Source: the human T2T-CHM13v2.0 reference genome, Homo sapiens
DNA: 64,000 bases
Assembly: GCF_009914755.1 (NCBI RefSeq)
Contig: NC_060945.1
Reading direction: 5' to 3' (one strand)
Made by a program: the position numbers and the translations under genes. Below, piece after piece: positions 51,244 to 64,000 of the stretch (its first letter is position 1; the number at the start of each line of letters is the position of its first letter). Under the pieces are notes generated by a model, which was not told where the DNA came from, did not search any database, and saw only the letters and a program-made list of their open reading frames with translations.

Positions 51244-52511
51244 ATACACATCAAAGTTAAATAATATTAACACAGACTTTGGCAAGCTGTATTTTAAAAC
51301 ACAGTAGGTTAGTGAGTCTGGTTTAAGAGCACTAGATGAAACCACATATAAGGATGTTTTTGACATTCTGTGTCTGACCCTTCAGACTCCCTGCCCTCCT
51401 CCCCACCATGTTCTGAACCCCAGAACACTGACCTCTACGAACAGCCCCACATGGGCTCTGTTACCCTCTGGCTTCCCATTGGCCCATGGAGGCACAGAGG
51501 AAGTTGGGGCAGGAGGACAGAATGGTTGAGGTACGGATGCTCGAGCTCTCAAGGCCACAAGTCGGCAGGGGCTACATTCCTGTGTGAAGCTCACTACCCC
51601 TCAGTCGTCTCCTCTAGCTCTCTGTGGGGTCCGGTGACCTCTCTCCTTACAGTCCCATTAGCCCTAGGGGAGGTAATGGCTCTCCAGGGAGTGCTGCCCA
51701 TGGGTGTCTCAGTATCACTTGTTGGTTCCCATAGCCCCACCCACACCTGTGTAAATAGGCCTTCATTAACCTTAGCTCAGTTGCCTGGTTTGAGTGTACC
51801 ATCTGTTTCCTGCCAGCACTCTGACTGATAACAGCATTTTTGATATAGGTCTCCATCACATGTATGTACCTTTGTGTCCTCTGTATTCCTCATTGATCAG
51901 GGTTATAAATTTTCTCTTCCTGTGACACTAAATTGCCCTTAATAAAGCTTATTGACCCTAAAAGTCAAAGGGGGCAAAATCAGAGCTAGTCTCAATTCCT
52001 TAAAGTGGACATTATACAGAAGGTTAGGAAATATTAAATACAAGTATTCACATATGTGTTCCCCCCGTCAAGCTAATAAACATACGTATGTGCTTTTTGA
52101 AAACCAGTGTAACCGCAGGTTGTCTCTTGTTCCTAGTAGGTGCTGATTAGAGCAATGAGTTCCAACTCGGCAGTTTTTGGAAACTGAACATGAGCTGTTA
52201 ATGTCTCTGCATCAACTCGGGTTTCCTTTTGCTTTTGTTTAAATTGAAGTTTTTCACTTAATATAAGATTTAGAGATTTCTGTCTCAGAGCTCGCCAAGA
52301 TTTGCTACTTTTGTCTACCCTTGTTTTTAATCTTAAAAATTTGGATTTACTTAATAATTCCAAGTATGAACATTAATGTTGCTTTTATCTTCCATTTTAC
52401 TGCACAGGAGGAGGGGAACAGATACCAAACTACTGATTATTTTACTTCCATTGTTAATACACATGAGAATATAAGTCTTCTTGTGTACCTGGAACTTACA
52501 AAAATTGGTTT

Positions 52512-52640
52512 CAGCTACTCAGGAGGCTGAGGCAGGAGAATGGCGTGAACTCAGGAGGCGGAGCTTGCAGTGAGCCAAGATCGCACCACTACACTCCAGC
52601 CTGGGAGACAGAGCGAGACTCCGTCTCAAAAAAAAAGGAA
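52512..52640 (+). mobile_element. 5'-truncated AluY (right arm only)
   Basis: GGAGAATGGCGTGAAC...GGAGCTTGCAG; TSD AAAAATTGGTTT. Confidence 0.9.
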
Positions 52641-52759
52641 AAAAAATTGGTTTTTAAAAAATTACATAACATATGTAATTTTTAAAACATATGTTTTAAA
52701 CATATGTAATTTTCAAAAAAAAATTGGTTTTTAAAAAATTACATAACATACTTATGTTA

Positions 52760-53460
52760 AAATATACATAATATAAAGTGTATCATTTTAACCATTTTTT
52801 AAGTGTACAGCCTAATGGCATTAAGTACATTTGCATTGTTGTGCAGCTATCCCTACCATCCACCTCCAGAACCTTTTTTTATCCTCCAAAATTGGAACTG
52901 TGTACCCATTACACAATAATGCCCCGTTCTCTTTTCCTGTAAGCCCCTGGCACCCACCATTCTGCTTTGCCTCTAGGAATTTGACTACTCTAGGTACTTC
53001 ACATAGGTAGAATCATGCGGTATTTGTCCTTTTGTGACTGGCTTATTCCACTTACCATAATGTCTTCAAGGTTCATCCATGTTGTATTAATAGCATGTCT
53101 TGGAATTCCTTTCCGAAATTTCTAAGGCTGAATAATATTCCATTGTATGAACAGACCACATATTGTTTTTCTGTTCATCTGTTGATGCAAACTTGGGTTG
53201 CTTCTACCTTTTGGCTGTTGTGAATAATACTGCTGTGAATATAGGTGTACAAGTATTTATTCAATCTTTGCTTGCAGTTCTTTGAGCTATATATGCAAAA
53301 AATGGGATCCTGGATTATACAGCAATTCTATGTTTAATTCTGTGGAACCACCATATTCTTTTCTGTGGTGGCTGCACCATTTTATATTCCCAATAGCAGT
53401 GCGCAGAAGTTTTTCCACATCCTTGATAGCACTTGTTATTTTCTGTTTTTTGTTTTGTTC
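52760..53460 (-). mobile_element. L1MB 3' end, antisense
   Basis: TTAAGTGTACAG...TTTGTCCTTTTGTGACTGGCTTATTCCACTT...GCTGCACCATTTTATATTCCC. Confidence 0.85.
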
Positions 53461-54588
53461 TGATTTATCTTTTGACATGGAACATTCTTATACATGGTTA
53501 CACATCCATTATGGTGGTCTTCATCAAGTTAGAGGCTGCAAAGCATCCATATCATTCATTCTTCTAGGGTTAAAGGCATTTGTAAAATATCAAATTCAAT
53601 AACACTGCTAAATGTCTTAAACTTTGTGTGTGGGAGGGCGTAACTACTGGATTTTATAAGTGCTTATTACACTTGAAGATGACAGATTTCTTTTCTATTG
53701 AACATTTTAAAGAACAATTTAGTTCATCCCAACTGATATTTTCTGAAGGCCGCTATGTACCAGGTTCTGTTACAGGTGAATGGACCCATCAGTGAACAAA
53801 ACCTTAAAAAAATTACAAATCATTTGGAAATCCACTATTACAGTGGCTTCTTCAGGGATGATACTGTTTTCCAATATGCTACCTAGGAAATGTGCTTCTT
53901 TCCAAACTCACTGTTATGTCTCAAGCGATTAGTTCATGGCTCAGAAGAAACATAAGTGAGAGGTGCTCCTTCTACAGCCCTTACTTTGTGCTTGTTTCTG
54001 GCACTCACCACTTTCGACCTTGTCATTCGTGTGCTTGTTTTATTTTCTTACAAGACTTTGAGTTTCTTGACAGGATTTCATCTGTATTTGATTTTCTACA
54101 ATTATCTGCAGCATTTTGCATATAAGCATTAAAAAGATTTATTTCATTTGCTGAATAATAATGAACATGGCTGTTTTGTATTCTTTTTATGAGATGGTCA
54201 GTCACATGCAGCCACGGAGGAGACACAGGGGAGGCTCAGGAAGACAGAGTATTATACTCACAGGTCCTACAAAGAGGAGGCACGCCATGCCACGCAGGAC
54301 CACACGGGAAAAAACACCAGAGTGGTCAGGAGGCAGGAGGCAGGAGCTCAGGAAATCATTCAACCTTTACTGAGGTTTCGCGGGAAAGGCAGGTGAGCAG
54401 CTTAGGATGGGCTAGTTTGAATCATCCTGGTGGGCTCTAAGCTCTAGGGATGGCCCTAGTTGTCTAGTACCCAGCTCTGGAATGGTTAAGGCAGAAATTT
54501 TAAAAAATGAAAATTTAAAAAATATATATGTGTACAATATCATACACACATATATACAAAATAATACACATATATATTGTGTTTGTGT

Positions 54589-54590
<2 letters not shown>

Positions 54591-54622
<32 letters not shown>
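54591..54622. repeat. (CA)n microsatellite
   Basis: Read directly. Confidence 0.97.
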
Positions 54623-54625
<3 letters not shown>

Positions 54626-54767
54626 ACAACTTCATGCTAGGGAGAATGGTGATTCTAGACATCCTGAACTCCAGAATGATGGTGAAATAGGTAATGCAAG
54701 TCACCTCCCCACCTGCTCCTGACTCGGTCGGCTCCCTCGGTGGGTGAGAGGGTTGTTGGTCTGCCCT

Positions 54768-54785
54768 TTGGCGCCCTCTAGGTGA
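54768..54785 (-). promoter_or_regulatory. Candidate CTCF site
   Basis: TGGCGCCCTCTAGGTG: the core CTAGAGGGCGC matches the CTCF motif, with an imperfect flank. Confidence 0.45.
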
Positions 54786-55607
54786 GAACACTGCATAGGC
54801 CATTCTGGTCTCATTGCTGCAGTTTGTACTTTTCATAGGAAAAAATTAGCAAGCTGACCTCTGTTTTGGAATGCCTCAGAAGCTAGAATAGAAGCCCACT
54901 CACTCTCCTACAGCACCCCTTTATCCCCACACACCTGTCTTTGCTAGGTAATAAGCAGATGCGGCTTGCAGACACAAAGCGTGAATACGATTAGTAAATT
55001 CACCTTGTGAAATGCAGCTCCACCTTCCTCTAATTTGGCCTTAGGGGTTGTTTTGCTATTTTTATGAGTCTGTATGTAATTAGCCACAATTAAAATCTGA
55101 AGTCTCTAAGTATTTTCACAGTCCAATTTCATCTGAGGCAATGAAAAATAAATAACTCACAGTGACTTTATTACTTCTGTTTCTCAGATTTGGGGAAGCA
55201 GAATAGTGAAGTGGGTCTCTTCACACATCCACAGGACAGGTAGGATTCGCAGGGGCTTGAAAGTCCCATAACTCAAGTGCATTTCACCTGTACTGTCAAC
55301 ACTGTCTATGGGCAAGACTTAAGGCAGCAACGTCCAGCAATTCTTTGTGTGCGAGGATCTCATTTCATCCTTCTTCCAGGGAGGAGAGGGGTGAGAAAAA
55401 ATGACTCCCAAACCTCTTGTTACCATCCTGTCTCCACTTCTGAGCTCTGTCATTGTTTATGTCATTTGTATTCCAGATTCCAAAAGGATATGAAAGATCT
55501 GCCTGAGATCTAGTAGCATATTTCCAGCTGGCTCTTGGGAATCAAGAATATATACAAAGCATTGTTGACAACAAATGTTTATTTACTCTGAAGATGGTTT
55601 CCCCTTC

Positions 55608-56380
55608 TGTGTGAGTCAGGGTTCTGCAGAGAAACAGAACCAATGGGATATACATAGTGCTGTGGTTTGAATGTGTCCCCTCCAAATTTCATGTTGAAAC
55701 TTAATCCGTATTGAGGTGATATTAAAAAGTGGAGCCTTTTGGGAAGTGATTAAGCCATGATGGCTCCACCATCATGAATAGATGAGTGCCTTATAAAAGG
55801 GCTGGAAAGAAATGGATTAGGCCCTTTTGCCCTTCAGCCTTCTGTCACATAAGGATACCATCAAAAAACACCACTGATGGAGCATTCCCTCACTAGATAT
55901 GGAACCAGCCAGCCTTGATCTTGGACTTTCCGGACTCCAGACCTGTGGGAAATAAACATTCTGGTCTTTATAAACTACCTCGTCTTAGGTGTTTTGTTAG
56001 AGCAGCACAAACAGACAGGACAGAAATACATGTAGGAGGAGACTGGCTTATTTGATTACAGAGAGCAAGGAGTCCCACCATCTGCTATCTGCAAGCTGGA
56101 GAACCAGGAAAGCTGAGGGTTCAATTTAGTCTGAGTCTGAAGGCTTGGCAACCAAGGGAGCTGCTGATCTAAGTCCCGGAGTCCAAAGGCCCAGAACCAG
56201 TAGCTCTGATGTCTGGGGGCCGAGGAAGATGAATGGACCAGTTCAAAAAGAGAGAGACAGAGAAGTCCTCCTCCCTCCACTTTTTTGGTCTATTCAGACC
56301 CTCAATCAATTAGATGATGCCTGTCCACACTGGTGATGGTGGATCTTCTGATTCAAATGTGAATCTCTCTAACCATCATA
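55608..56380 (-). mobile_element. MLT2 LTR interrupted by an MST/MLT1A-like LTR (about 55658-56022, +)
   Basis: GTCAGGGTTCTGCAGAGAAACAGAACCAAT; insert TGCTGTGGTTTGAATGTGTCCCC...GTTAGAGCAGCACAAACAGAC; then CTGCAAGCTGGAGAACCAGGAAAGC. Confidence 0.82.
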
Positions 56381-56789
56381 GCTTCTAAGTTCCCACCTTT
56401 CTTCCATCCTTGCCCCATCCCTTCTTCTCTAACCTCACCTTGTCTTCCCTTACCTCTATCCTTTCCTCTCTCTCCTGCATACATTTTGTGGAAAGCCTAT
56501 GTATTAAGGGTAGACACAAGGCAAAATTGTTTCTCTGTTCATGGAACTTAGATACTACTGCACCAGCTACTGGAGAAAGTATTATGCACTTGCCAAGTAA
56601 TACACAGGATTTTTGTCACTTATAAACACAACAAAGCTCAAAATCTACCATCATCATATTCTCCTTCTTGTCACTCAAAGTCACATCAAGAGGATGAATT
56701 GATTTTGTCCTCAGGACACCTTGTCATGTCTCCCAACTTTCCTATATAACTGATGGTTGTTACTCCAGACTTTTATTAGATTATCTTCA

Positions 56790-57217
56790 GTGTTGTGGGT
56801 TGAAATGCATCTTCCAAAAGATATGTTCAAGTCCTAACCCTGGGAATGGGACCTTATTTGGAAATAGGGTCTTTGTAGATATCATCAAGTAATGAGGTCT
56901 TACTGGAGTAGGGTGAGCCCTAATGCAATGACTGGTATATTTATAAGAAGAGGAAGATTTAGACACAGACACACAGGGGGAGAAGGCCATGTGATGATTG
57001 AAGCAGAGTTGGAGTGTCTACAAGTCAAGCAATGCCAGCAATCACCAGAAGCTAGGCGGGAGGCACCCAACAGACTCTCCCTCACACCCCCCAGAAGGAA
57101 CCAACCCTGCAAATGCTTTCATATAGAAGGCCTCTCCAGAACTGTGAAGGACTTTCTCCTGTTTCAAGCCACCCAGTTAGTGGTGATTTGTTAAGGCAGC
57201 CCTAGGAAACTGGTACA
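56790..57217 (+). mobile_element. MLT1B/C MaLR LTR
   Basis: TGTTGTGGGTTGAAATG...GACCTTATTTGGAAATAGGGTCTTTGTAGAT...GCAGCCCTAGGAAACTGGTACA. Confidence 0.88.
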
Positions 57218-59647
57218 CCCAGTCAGTGCAATAACTTTCAAATAGTTCTGCTTGCCTCCAACACTCACACTCCATCTGTTCCCATCCTTGATTACTGTGG
57301 CATTCTGCACATGGCACTCAAAGCTGGGTCAATGTGAGCCAAGAGAACTCAGGAAAGGAGAGACATAAGAGAGAAGAAGACCCTGGAGAGAGAGGTTTTG
57401 AGACTGGAAAGTAATCATATAAGCCATTGGATACTTGCAGAAATCTTGGGGTGGTCGCTGAACTTCCCCCAGAGCATGGGATGGGGGAATTCAAAGGACA
57501 GAGAGGCTTCTGTTGCCTTCTGCATGATGTATAAGAAATCTCATTGAATCCTCTCTGCCACTGCATGGGCTGGAACTACTACCTGCACATACAGTTAGGA
57601 AGCTGAGGCTCTGTGGGGTTATCTCTTGCTTAAGAATGACCGACTGGACTGACAAAGTTCAGCCATAGAATTAGAGCCCAAGATATCCTGCTCTATAATG
57701 AGTATTCTTCCTTACCACCCTTATATCTCTAAATCAACAAACTGGGTTATTTGTTTCTCTTGGCCCTGACTTGCTATTTACCTATCTGGATTTCCTTCTC
57801 TTTCCCTCTGCACCTGGTCAAAAGCTGCTCATCCTTCAAAGTCCAGTTTAAATTTAATTGTCTCTATATAAATGTTCCTGAGCACCTTAGCCTGAAGAGA
57901 CATGAATCAGTCCCACTGAACAAGACTAACTGACATGCATATAATTTAATTTGCACAATTGAACACCTGCTGTGTTGTTTCTTCAATTATGGGCTTGGTC
58001 TCTTTGCATCTTTTGTTCTGAGTTATTTTTTTCACACTGTTGTAAGCTCCTTGGGCAGAGTCCATAATTTATACATCTTTGTATACCTAGTGGGTCTCAG
58101 AACAGTTCCTTGCACACACAAAAAATGAGGCAAAATGAAGTCAGATGTCTTGGTTCTCAATACAGTCATCTGTTCTGGAGTTGTTAAGTGTAGGATATCG
58201 AATGCTTTTCTTAAACTTCCTGGTCTCTGTCTCCTCTTCTTTGACAGTAGGGGTTTGAACCAGCGAATGTCAGTTTCCTTCAGCTCTGTTGGACTGGGGC
58301 ACTGCTCCTTTAGCTTAGGGACACATGCCGGGAAGAGGGAATGTGGGACTCCTCTGGCCCAATTTCCAGGCACCTGGGGCCCCAGCAAGCTTACCTTGTC
58401 AGATTCATCAGATGGTTGGACTGTAGGCATGACCTTGGTGTTCCTTGCAGGAAACAAAGGCCAGGTGTGATGCTGGCAGTGTGTCTGTGTGTCTCAGGAG
58501 TCTCTCTGATGTTCCGTCTGAACTACATGTCGGGAGATGCCAGATCTCATCCGACAGATCAAGCCACATGTGCCCAGAAAGGCTTTTGGCGACATCACAT
58601 TCACTTAGGAGCTGTGGTCCATAGGGGGCTGGGGTATGATATTCTGAATGGTGACGGAAATAAGTGTTCTTATTCTTGTTTACAGTGCCTTTTTGGGAAA
58701 ATGGGTGAAATAAGGTTCTGTGTGAGTGTGCATGTGCGTGTGTGTGTGTTGAAGTAGGGCTGGAATGGAAACATGGGGGGAAGGATATTTGAAGCTCTGT
58801 AGTACCGTTCCTTATTGAAGTAACACCCCTCGCCTAAGTATAAACTTGTGGATGGCTTCCCCAGTGCAAGTTTATAAGTTTGTAAACCCCAGGCTCTGCA
58901 GATTAGATGTATGGGCAACTGAATTTTTTTACACAAGCAGAGAAATTTTAAGAAATTTAAAGCATAATCATGTACACCCAAATGCTGGTGGTTTGTGCTG
59001 GCTTAAGAAGCAAGAATATTCCTTTGGTTGGTGTAGCATTTCTCTTTACTGAACAGCATTAAAATAGCAACAACCGACTATACACTTCAGAGAGAACCAT
59101 CTAGACATGGAGAGAAAAGAATCAATCTTGTTTGTAGGTAGCAATGTCTGGTAGTATCCATAAAATATAACAGCCAAGGAAATTTCAAGGGAGTGGAGCA
59201 ATGGAGATTTTGTGCTTAAAGAGGGATCAATTAATTGGCAATCATGTACAACTCTAGGTATAATTATATAGAAAACAGGCAACATGAGATCATTTATTTA
59301 TTTTTATGAGGGAATAATTTTATTTTATGCTCATTTTACTGAGGCTAATTTCTTCTTATTCTAAGAAGTAAATGTGAACATGCCTATTGTGCATTTGCAA
59401 AGGAAATTCAAACATTGTCTTTGTTTCAGAAGCAAATGCTGTAAATGTTGCTATTTCAGAATGACTTTTATCATAGTTATAGATGTTCTCATTTATTTGC
59501 AAATACATTTAAAGTGACAAAAAAGGAATACTTGGGGATTTAAATAGCATGTTTTCAACTTTAACTGCATACTGTATTTAGAATTTAAAGGGGATCTCTG
59601 ATCTTTGTTTTCTCATACGTTCCACTTGAGGCCACATTATTCTAGGG

Positions 59648-59877
59648 CAGTGGTCCTAATCCACAGATTTTAGTCTCTTTTCCCCACCCCTCCAGGGCAC
59701 ATCTGGCAGTGTCTGGGGGCATTTTGATTATCACAATAGGGAGGGTCCCCTAGTACAGGATTCTAGTAGGTAAAGGCCAGAGCTGCTGCTAGACAGCCTA
59801 AAACACACAGGACGGTTCCCATCTACAAAGAATAATCCAGTCCAAAATGTCAGGAGTACTGAAATGGAGAAACCCTG
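59648..59877 (+). mobile_element. MER20 hAT DNA transposon
   Basis: CAGTGGTCCT...TGGCAGTGTCTGGGGGCATTTTGATTATCACA...AAAGAATAATCCAGTCCAAAATGTCA...GAGAAACCCTG. Confidence 0.82.
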
Positions 59878-61559
59878 CTCAAAAAAAAAAAAAGAAAGAA
59901 ATTTTATTTCCTTCTTACAATAATCCATAGTTAATCTCTGAGCCCCATTTTGTCCACAACAGCATGGTGTCGTGACCTAAAGGTATATCTCAAAAGAATC
60001 TCTCATTCTTATCAGTGCAGAATAGAGAAATTGTGTGCAGCCTACGTGTGATTTGTCACTTTAGTACTCTGTGGTAGGTTATTTGACATTTCATGCTTCA
60101 TAGTCTGAAATGCCCTCTCTTAGTATACCCATCTGACATTTTCGAGAGACTAATGTTTGCCTAAGAGTGCTTAAACGATGGCCAGATTTTACTCTGAGTG
60201 ATACTACCCCCTGGAAGTGGGGGGAAAAAAAGAAGGAGGGAAAAAAGTTAAGTTTTCATTCTAAACATCTTCAAAGCTTGATTGGCTTTAATAAGGTATC
60301 ATTAATTAATTCAACAGCTAAGAAGGGACTGCAAGTGTTAAAAATCACGGCTGTCAAATGTTATGGCATCTGGGAGCCCTAGTGGTTGGTTACTTAACAT
60401 GATATTTTAGGACAATTCTACTCTGCTTAAGCATAATAAACCGGAAAGACATGAACAAATGTCCCAACTGCTTCCCTTTCTACTCCCACCCCCTGCTCTG
60501 GAAAGAAGCCCTAACACCTCTAATACCACACCACTCTAAAATAAACCCAAATGTTGCACTTATTTTACTGCTATGCATTGAGCATTATTATTTGGAGATG
60601 CTCTATGCTGCTTCATTAAAGATCTTTCATACGGGGTGGGGAAACTGAGCCACAGGGGATGATTAAAAGAAGGAAGAAGTCAGATGACTTCGGATTCTGT
60701 TGGCTCCTGACTAGAGAACACCTTAGGAAAAGCAATCCTTCATCTGCAGCACACAGAAGAAACCACATTCCGAACTTCTCGGTGATGAGCCCCGTTTCCT
60801 AACAGTGTGAGGTTAATGAACCTCCTTATTTTTGGCAGGGTGAGGAAGTGGCAAGCAGAAAAACCTATCAAAGGGAGCCCAGTTCCAAGGCTTTAATTGC
60901 TTAGGTGACTATTAAGAAAAGAGCCCCCTTCTTTCACAGCAGAAGGATACAGTTCTCTGTTCCCAAATCTGGCAGCTATTCCTCAATTATAGAAAGAAGA
61001 AGGAAATTAAAATGTGATGGATTAAATAAGAGGGTGAACCGGTACTTATTTCCTAACTAGAAATTACCATTTTTGTGCTTTTAAATTGATAATTATCAGC
61101 ACCATACTTTATTCACTTTTGTCATAAGGTCCTTCCTTTTAATTAAAATTGAGATGCTTCACATTTCTTGCGTTCCCTTAAGAAAATCTTTCAAGTGTTT
61201 AAGTCCCTGATATTGGAAAGCTTTAATTACAGCATAGAAAAAGAAGAGTGGAAAGAGCTGGGGCGGGGGGATGTGTCCCTTCATTTCCCGTGAACATGAT
61301 CACACTGGGAACTCAGGGAGGTCCAGTGCATTTGTCAACTTGCCAAACATTATGTTCATTAAAGGCCAGAAAGTATCCCTGGGGGGTGGATACACTTGAG
61401 CTCATTTCCAATCATTTTACCTGCTCTGCCTCATTTCAGAGCCCAGTCAGATCATTACCAGACTTCTCACATTGTCCTAAAAAAATGCATTAAAATTAAG
61501 TCACAACAGACATCCAGGTTTGCACCTGTATCTCACACCTGTGAGGATCGCTTTTATAT

Positions 61560-62056
61560 TGAAATAAGACAAGGTTCTCCAGAGAAACAGAATATATATA
61601 TATATATATGTATGTATTACCACACACGCATATATATATGTATGTATACATATATGTATATATACACGTTTTAAATTTTATTAAAAATTTTAAATATATT
61701 TATTTTAAGAAATTGTCTTGTGTGATTGTAGGGGCCGGCAAGTTCAAAATCTGTAAGTCAGGTCAGCAGGCTGAAAACTTAGGCAGAAGTTAATGCTACT
61801 GTCTTGAGGCAGAATTTGTTTTTTTTGTTTGTTTGTTTTGTTTTTTTTTTCAGGAAACCTCAGTTTTTGCTCTGAAGGCCTTCAGCTGACTGAATGAGGG
61901 CCATGCACATGATCCAGTTATCAAGGAGAATCTCTTTACTTAAAGTCAGCTGAGTAAATTGTCTAAAAAATACCTCCACAGCACCTAGATGAGTTTGATG
62001 ACATAACTGTGTATTATATAGCCTAGCCAAGTTAATACATAAAACTCATCATCACA
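61560..62056 (-). mobile_element. MLT2 LTR with an internal (TA/TG) microsatellite
   Basis: GGTTCTCCAGAGAAACAGAA...CCAAGTTAATACATAAAACTCATCATCACA. Confidence 0.85.
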
Positions 62057-62549
62057 GGCATCAAGCTCAAATGTTAGGGTTTGCAGTGGACTAATGCATA
62101 CTTAAGTACCTAGATGACACCCAGAAGGGACAAAAGCCCTGAGCTTCCCCACTCAGCATGCTGCCACCTCCATACCCATGTTGACTCTCTTTCTGTTTTC
62201 AGGTTGTAACCCACGTATTCTGGTTCTGACCTGCTCTATTTTCTCTTTATCCTCCTGGAGCAGGAGTGAAGTAGCAAGTATGTTGAGTCATAGGACAGAT
62301 TTCACTATTCCTTGAATGCTGACAGAACTCAGAGTCTTATGTCTCATGATTTTCCACTTGATTTCCATTTCTATGCTTTGGGTAATGAGGTTTAACTTGC
62401 CTCTCCATTGGGAATACAGATTCCTGGAAGGTAGAGAATCTTATTTTCTGTGTATAGAGTTCATAGTTAGGTTTCAGGTGATATTCAGAAAATACATTCA
62501 GAATTTTAGAGATGTATGGAGTTGTGAAACTAGCAAAATATTAATCATT

Positions 62550-62835
62550 CTTTTGACACAGAGCCTCACTTTGTCACCCAGGCTGGAGTGCAGTAGCATG
62601 ATCTCCACTCACTGCACCCTCCGCCTCCCAGGTTCAAGTGATTCTCCTGCCTCAGCCTCCTGAGTAGCTGGGATTATGGGTGCCTGCCACCACGCTTGAC
62701 CAATTTTTGTATTTGTAGTAGAGATGGGGTTTGCCATGTTGGCCAGGCTGGTCTTGAACTCCTGACCTCAAGTGATCCACTCACCTTGGCCTCCAAAAGT
62801 GCCGGGATTACAGGCCTGAGCCACAACACTCTGCC
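62550..62835 (-). mobile_element. AluS
   Basis: Antisense Alu; TSD TAATCATTC. Confidence 0.92.
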
Positions 62836-63484
62836 TAATCATTCATTTTAAGTGATTAAATCATCCATTCATCTACTTTTAGTACATCCTACATCCTTTT
62901 TCCTTCCTTCCTTCCTTCCTTCCTTCTTTTCATCCATCCGTCCATCCATCGATTATTAATTCAATAAATATTTACTGTTTTCCTTCTTTTAAGAGGTGTA
63001 TGACCTAAACTAAGAGGTATGGAGTTTAAATGACTTGTGGAAAATTAGAATGTTTTATTCTCTCGTTTCCCACAAGTCATTTATATAGTTGCTAAAATTT
63101 AGTAACTGCAATAAAAATACATGATTCCGGACAACATATTCTCATTTTACTTACTTCTAATATTGATATCAGATTGGTTCTCCTGCCTCTGAGTCTCAGT
63201 TGAGATCAGAAAGCGGTGATAACAGCTCATTGGGAATTGGCCATTTGCAACCAAAGTTTGTGATATAGTTGGGACAACTAACTGAATAACTGGGTCACAA
63301 TAGGAGACATCTTAAATTACTAAAGCTACATGATTTTGGAAAGTCTGGTTTCATTTATTTAACTAAACTACCAGTAATACCTTATGTTTCCAACTTTGGT
63401 TTTTGTCAGTTGAGATCTGGCTTAATATCCCTCATGGAAAAGATGGACAATTTAGGCAAAAAGTATTTATAAAGATAAAGTTTA

Positions 63485-63797
63485 GGCAGGGCACAGTGGC
63501 TCACGCCTGTAATCCCAGCACTTTGGGAGGCTGAGTCAGGCAGTTCACGAGGTCAGGAGTTCAAGACCAATCTGGCCAACATAGTGAAACCCCACCTCTA
63601 CTAAAAATACAAAAAATTAGCTGGGTGTGGTGGTGTGCACCTGTAATCCCAGCTACTCGGGAGGCTGAAGCAGGAGAATCACGTGAACCCAAGAGGCGGA
63701 GTTACAGTGAGCTGAGATAGCACCATTGTACTCCAGCCCGGGCAACAGTGTGAGACTCTGTCTCAAAAAATAAATAAATAAACAAACAAACAAACAA
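63485..63797 (+). mobile_element. AluS with (AAAT)n(AAAC)n tail
   Basis: Full Alu; TSD AAAGTTTA. Confidence 0.93.
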
Positions 63798-64000
63798 AGT
63801 TTAAAGAAGAAGTGTATATTTATGTATTATTTAATTAACACATGCACCAACCGTACAACTGCCTTCAGAAAGTACCTTTCTGACAAAATTAGAATAAAGG
63901 AGACATAGTGGGTAGGGAGGAGAGGGGTTAGGTGGGTAAATTTAGGCTATGCCAAATAAAAATGGGGCCCCTAGGAGTGGGGTGCCTAGGACTAGCATTG

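Noticed and set aside
51370-51828. 152-aa ORF
   Set aside because: Non-ATG start, no recognisable domain; the sequence looks like a decayed LTR-type repeat.
58032-58757. Overlapping 111-141 aa ORFs on both strands
   Set aside because: No homology recognised and no exon structure; expected by chance in 64 kb.
62550-62663. Antisense Alu as the DSCR8 Alu-derived exon
   Set aside because: Its translation [17 protein letters not shown] differs from the DSCR8 sequence I recall ([17 protein letters not shown]), and its poly-T tract is very short. That exon is probably beyond the window.

Overview
This is primate, almost certainly human, genomic DNA. It is gene-poor and dominated by transposable elements: Alu, L1, L2/MIR, MaLR/ERVL/ERV1 LTRs and hAT DNA transposons. 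Hand translation of spliced exons that the ORF track misses places the window at the DSCR4/DSCR8 head-to-head locus (chr21q22, Down syndrome critical region). This identification rests on my recall of the protein sequences, not on a database search. DSCR4 exons 1-2 lie on the minus strand (49154-49027 and 48303-48202; MSLIILTRDDEPRIFTPDSDAASPALHSTSPLPDPASASPLH-R-EEKILPKVCNIVSCLSFSLPASPTDSGLASPTI). The first coding exon of DSCR8/MMA-1 lies on the plus strand (50211-50310; MKEPGPNFVTVRKGLHSFKMAFVKHL). Between them is an ERV1 solo LTR (49086-49902, 4-bp TSD CTGG), known to act as a bidirectional promoter. Positions 1-48201 are inferred DSCR4 intron 2, and positions after 50310 are mostly DSCR8 intron. 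The central system is two young genes built largely from TE pieces around one LTR. It is already described in outline, but several mechanistic details visible here may not be: an Alu TSD that duplicates a candidate splice donor, a degenerate LTR TATA box, an overlapping uORF, read-through of the LTR poly(A) signal, and copy-specific splice sites in MLT2. Other notable items are an internally deleted tRNA-Ile-primed ERV1 provirus, an L1-mediated retrocopy of an LTR R region, one clear and one possible L1 3' transduction, a duplicated GAA-bearing Alu, and several template-switch hairpins or scars. Repeat subfamily names and most repeat boundaries are approximate, by-eye calls.
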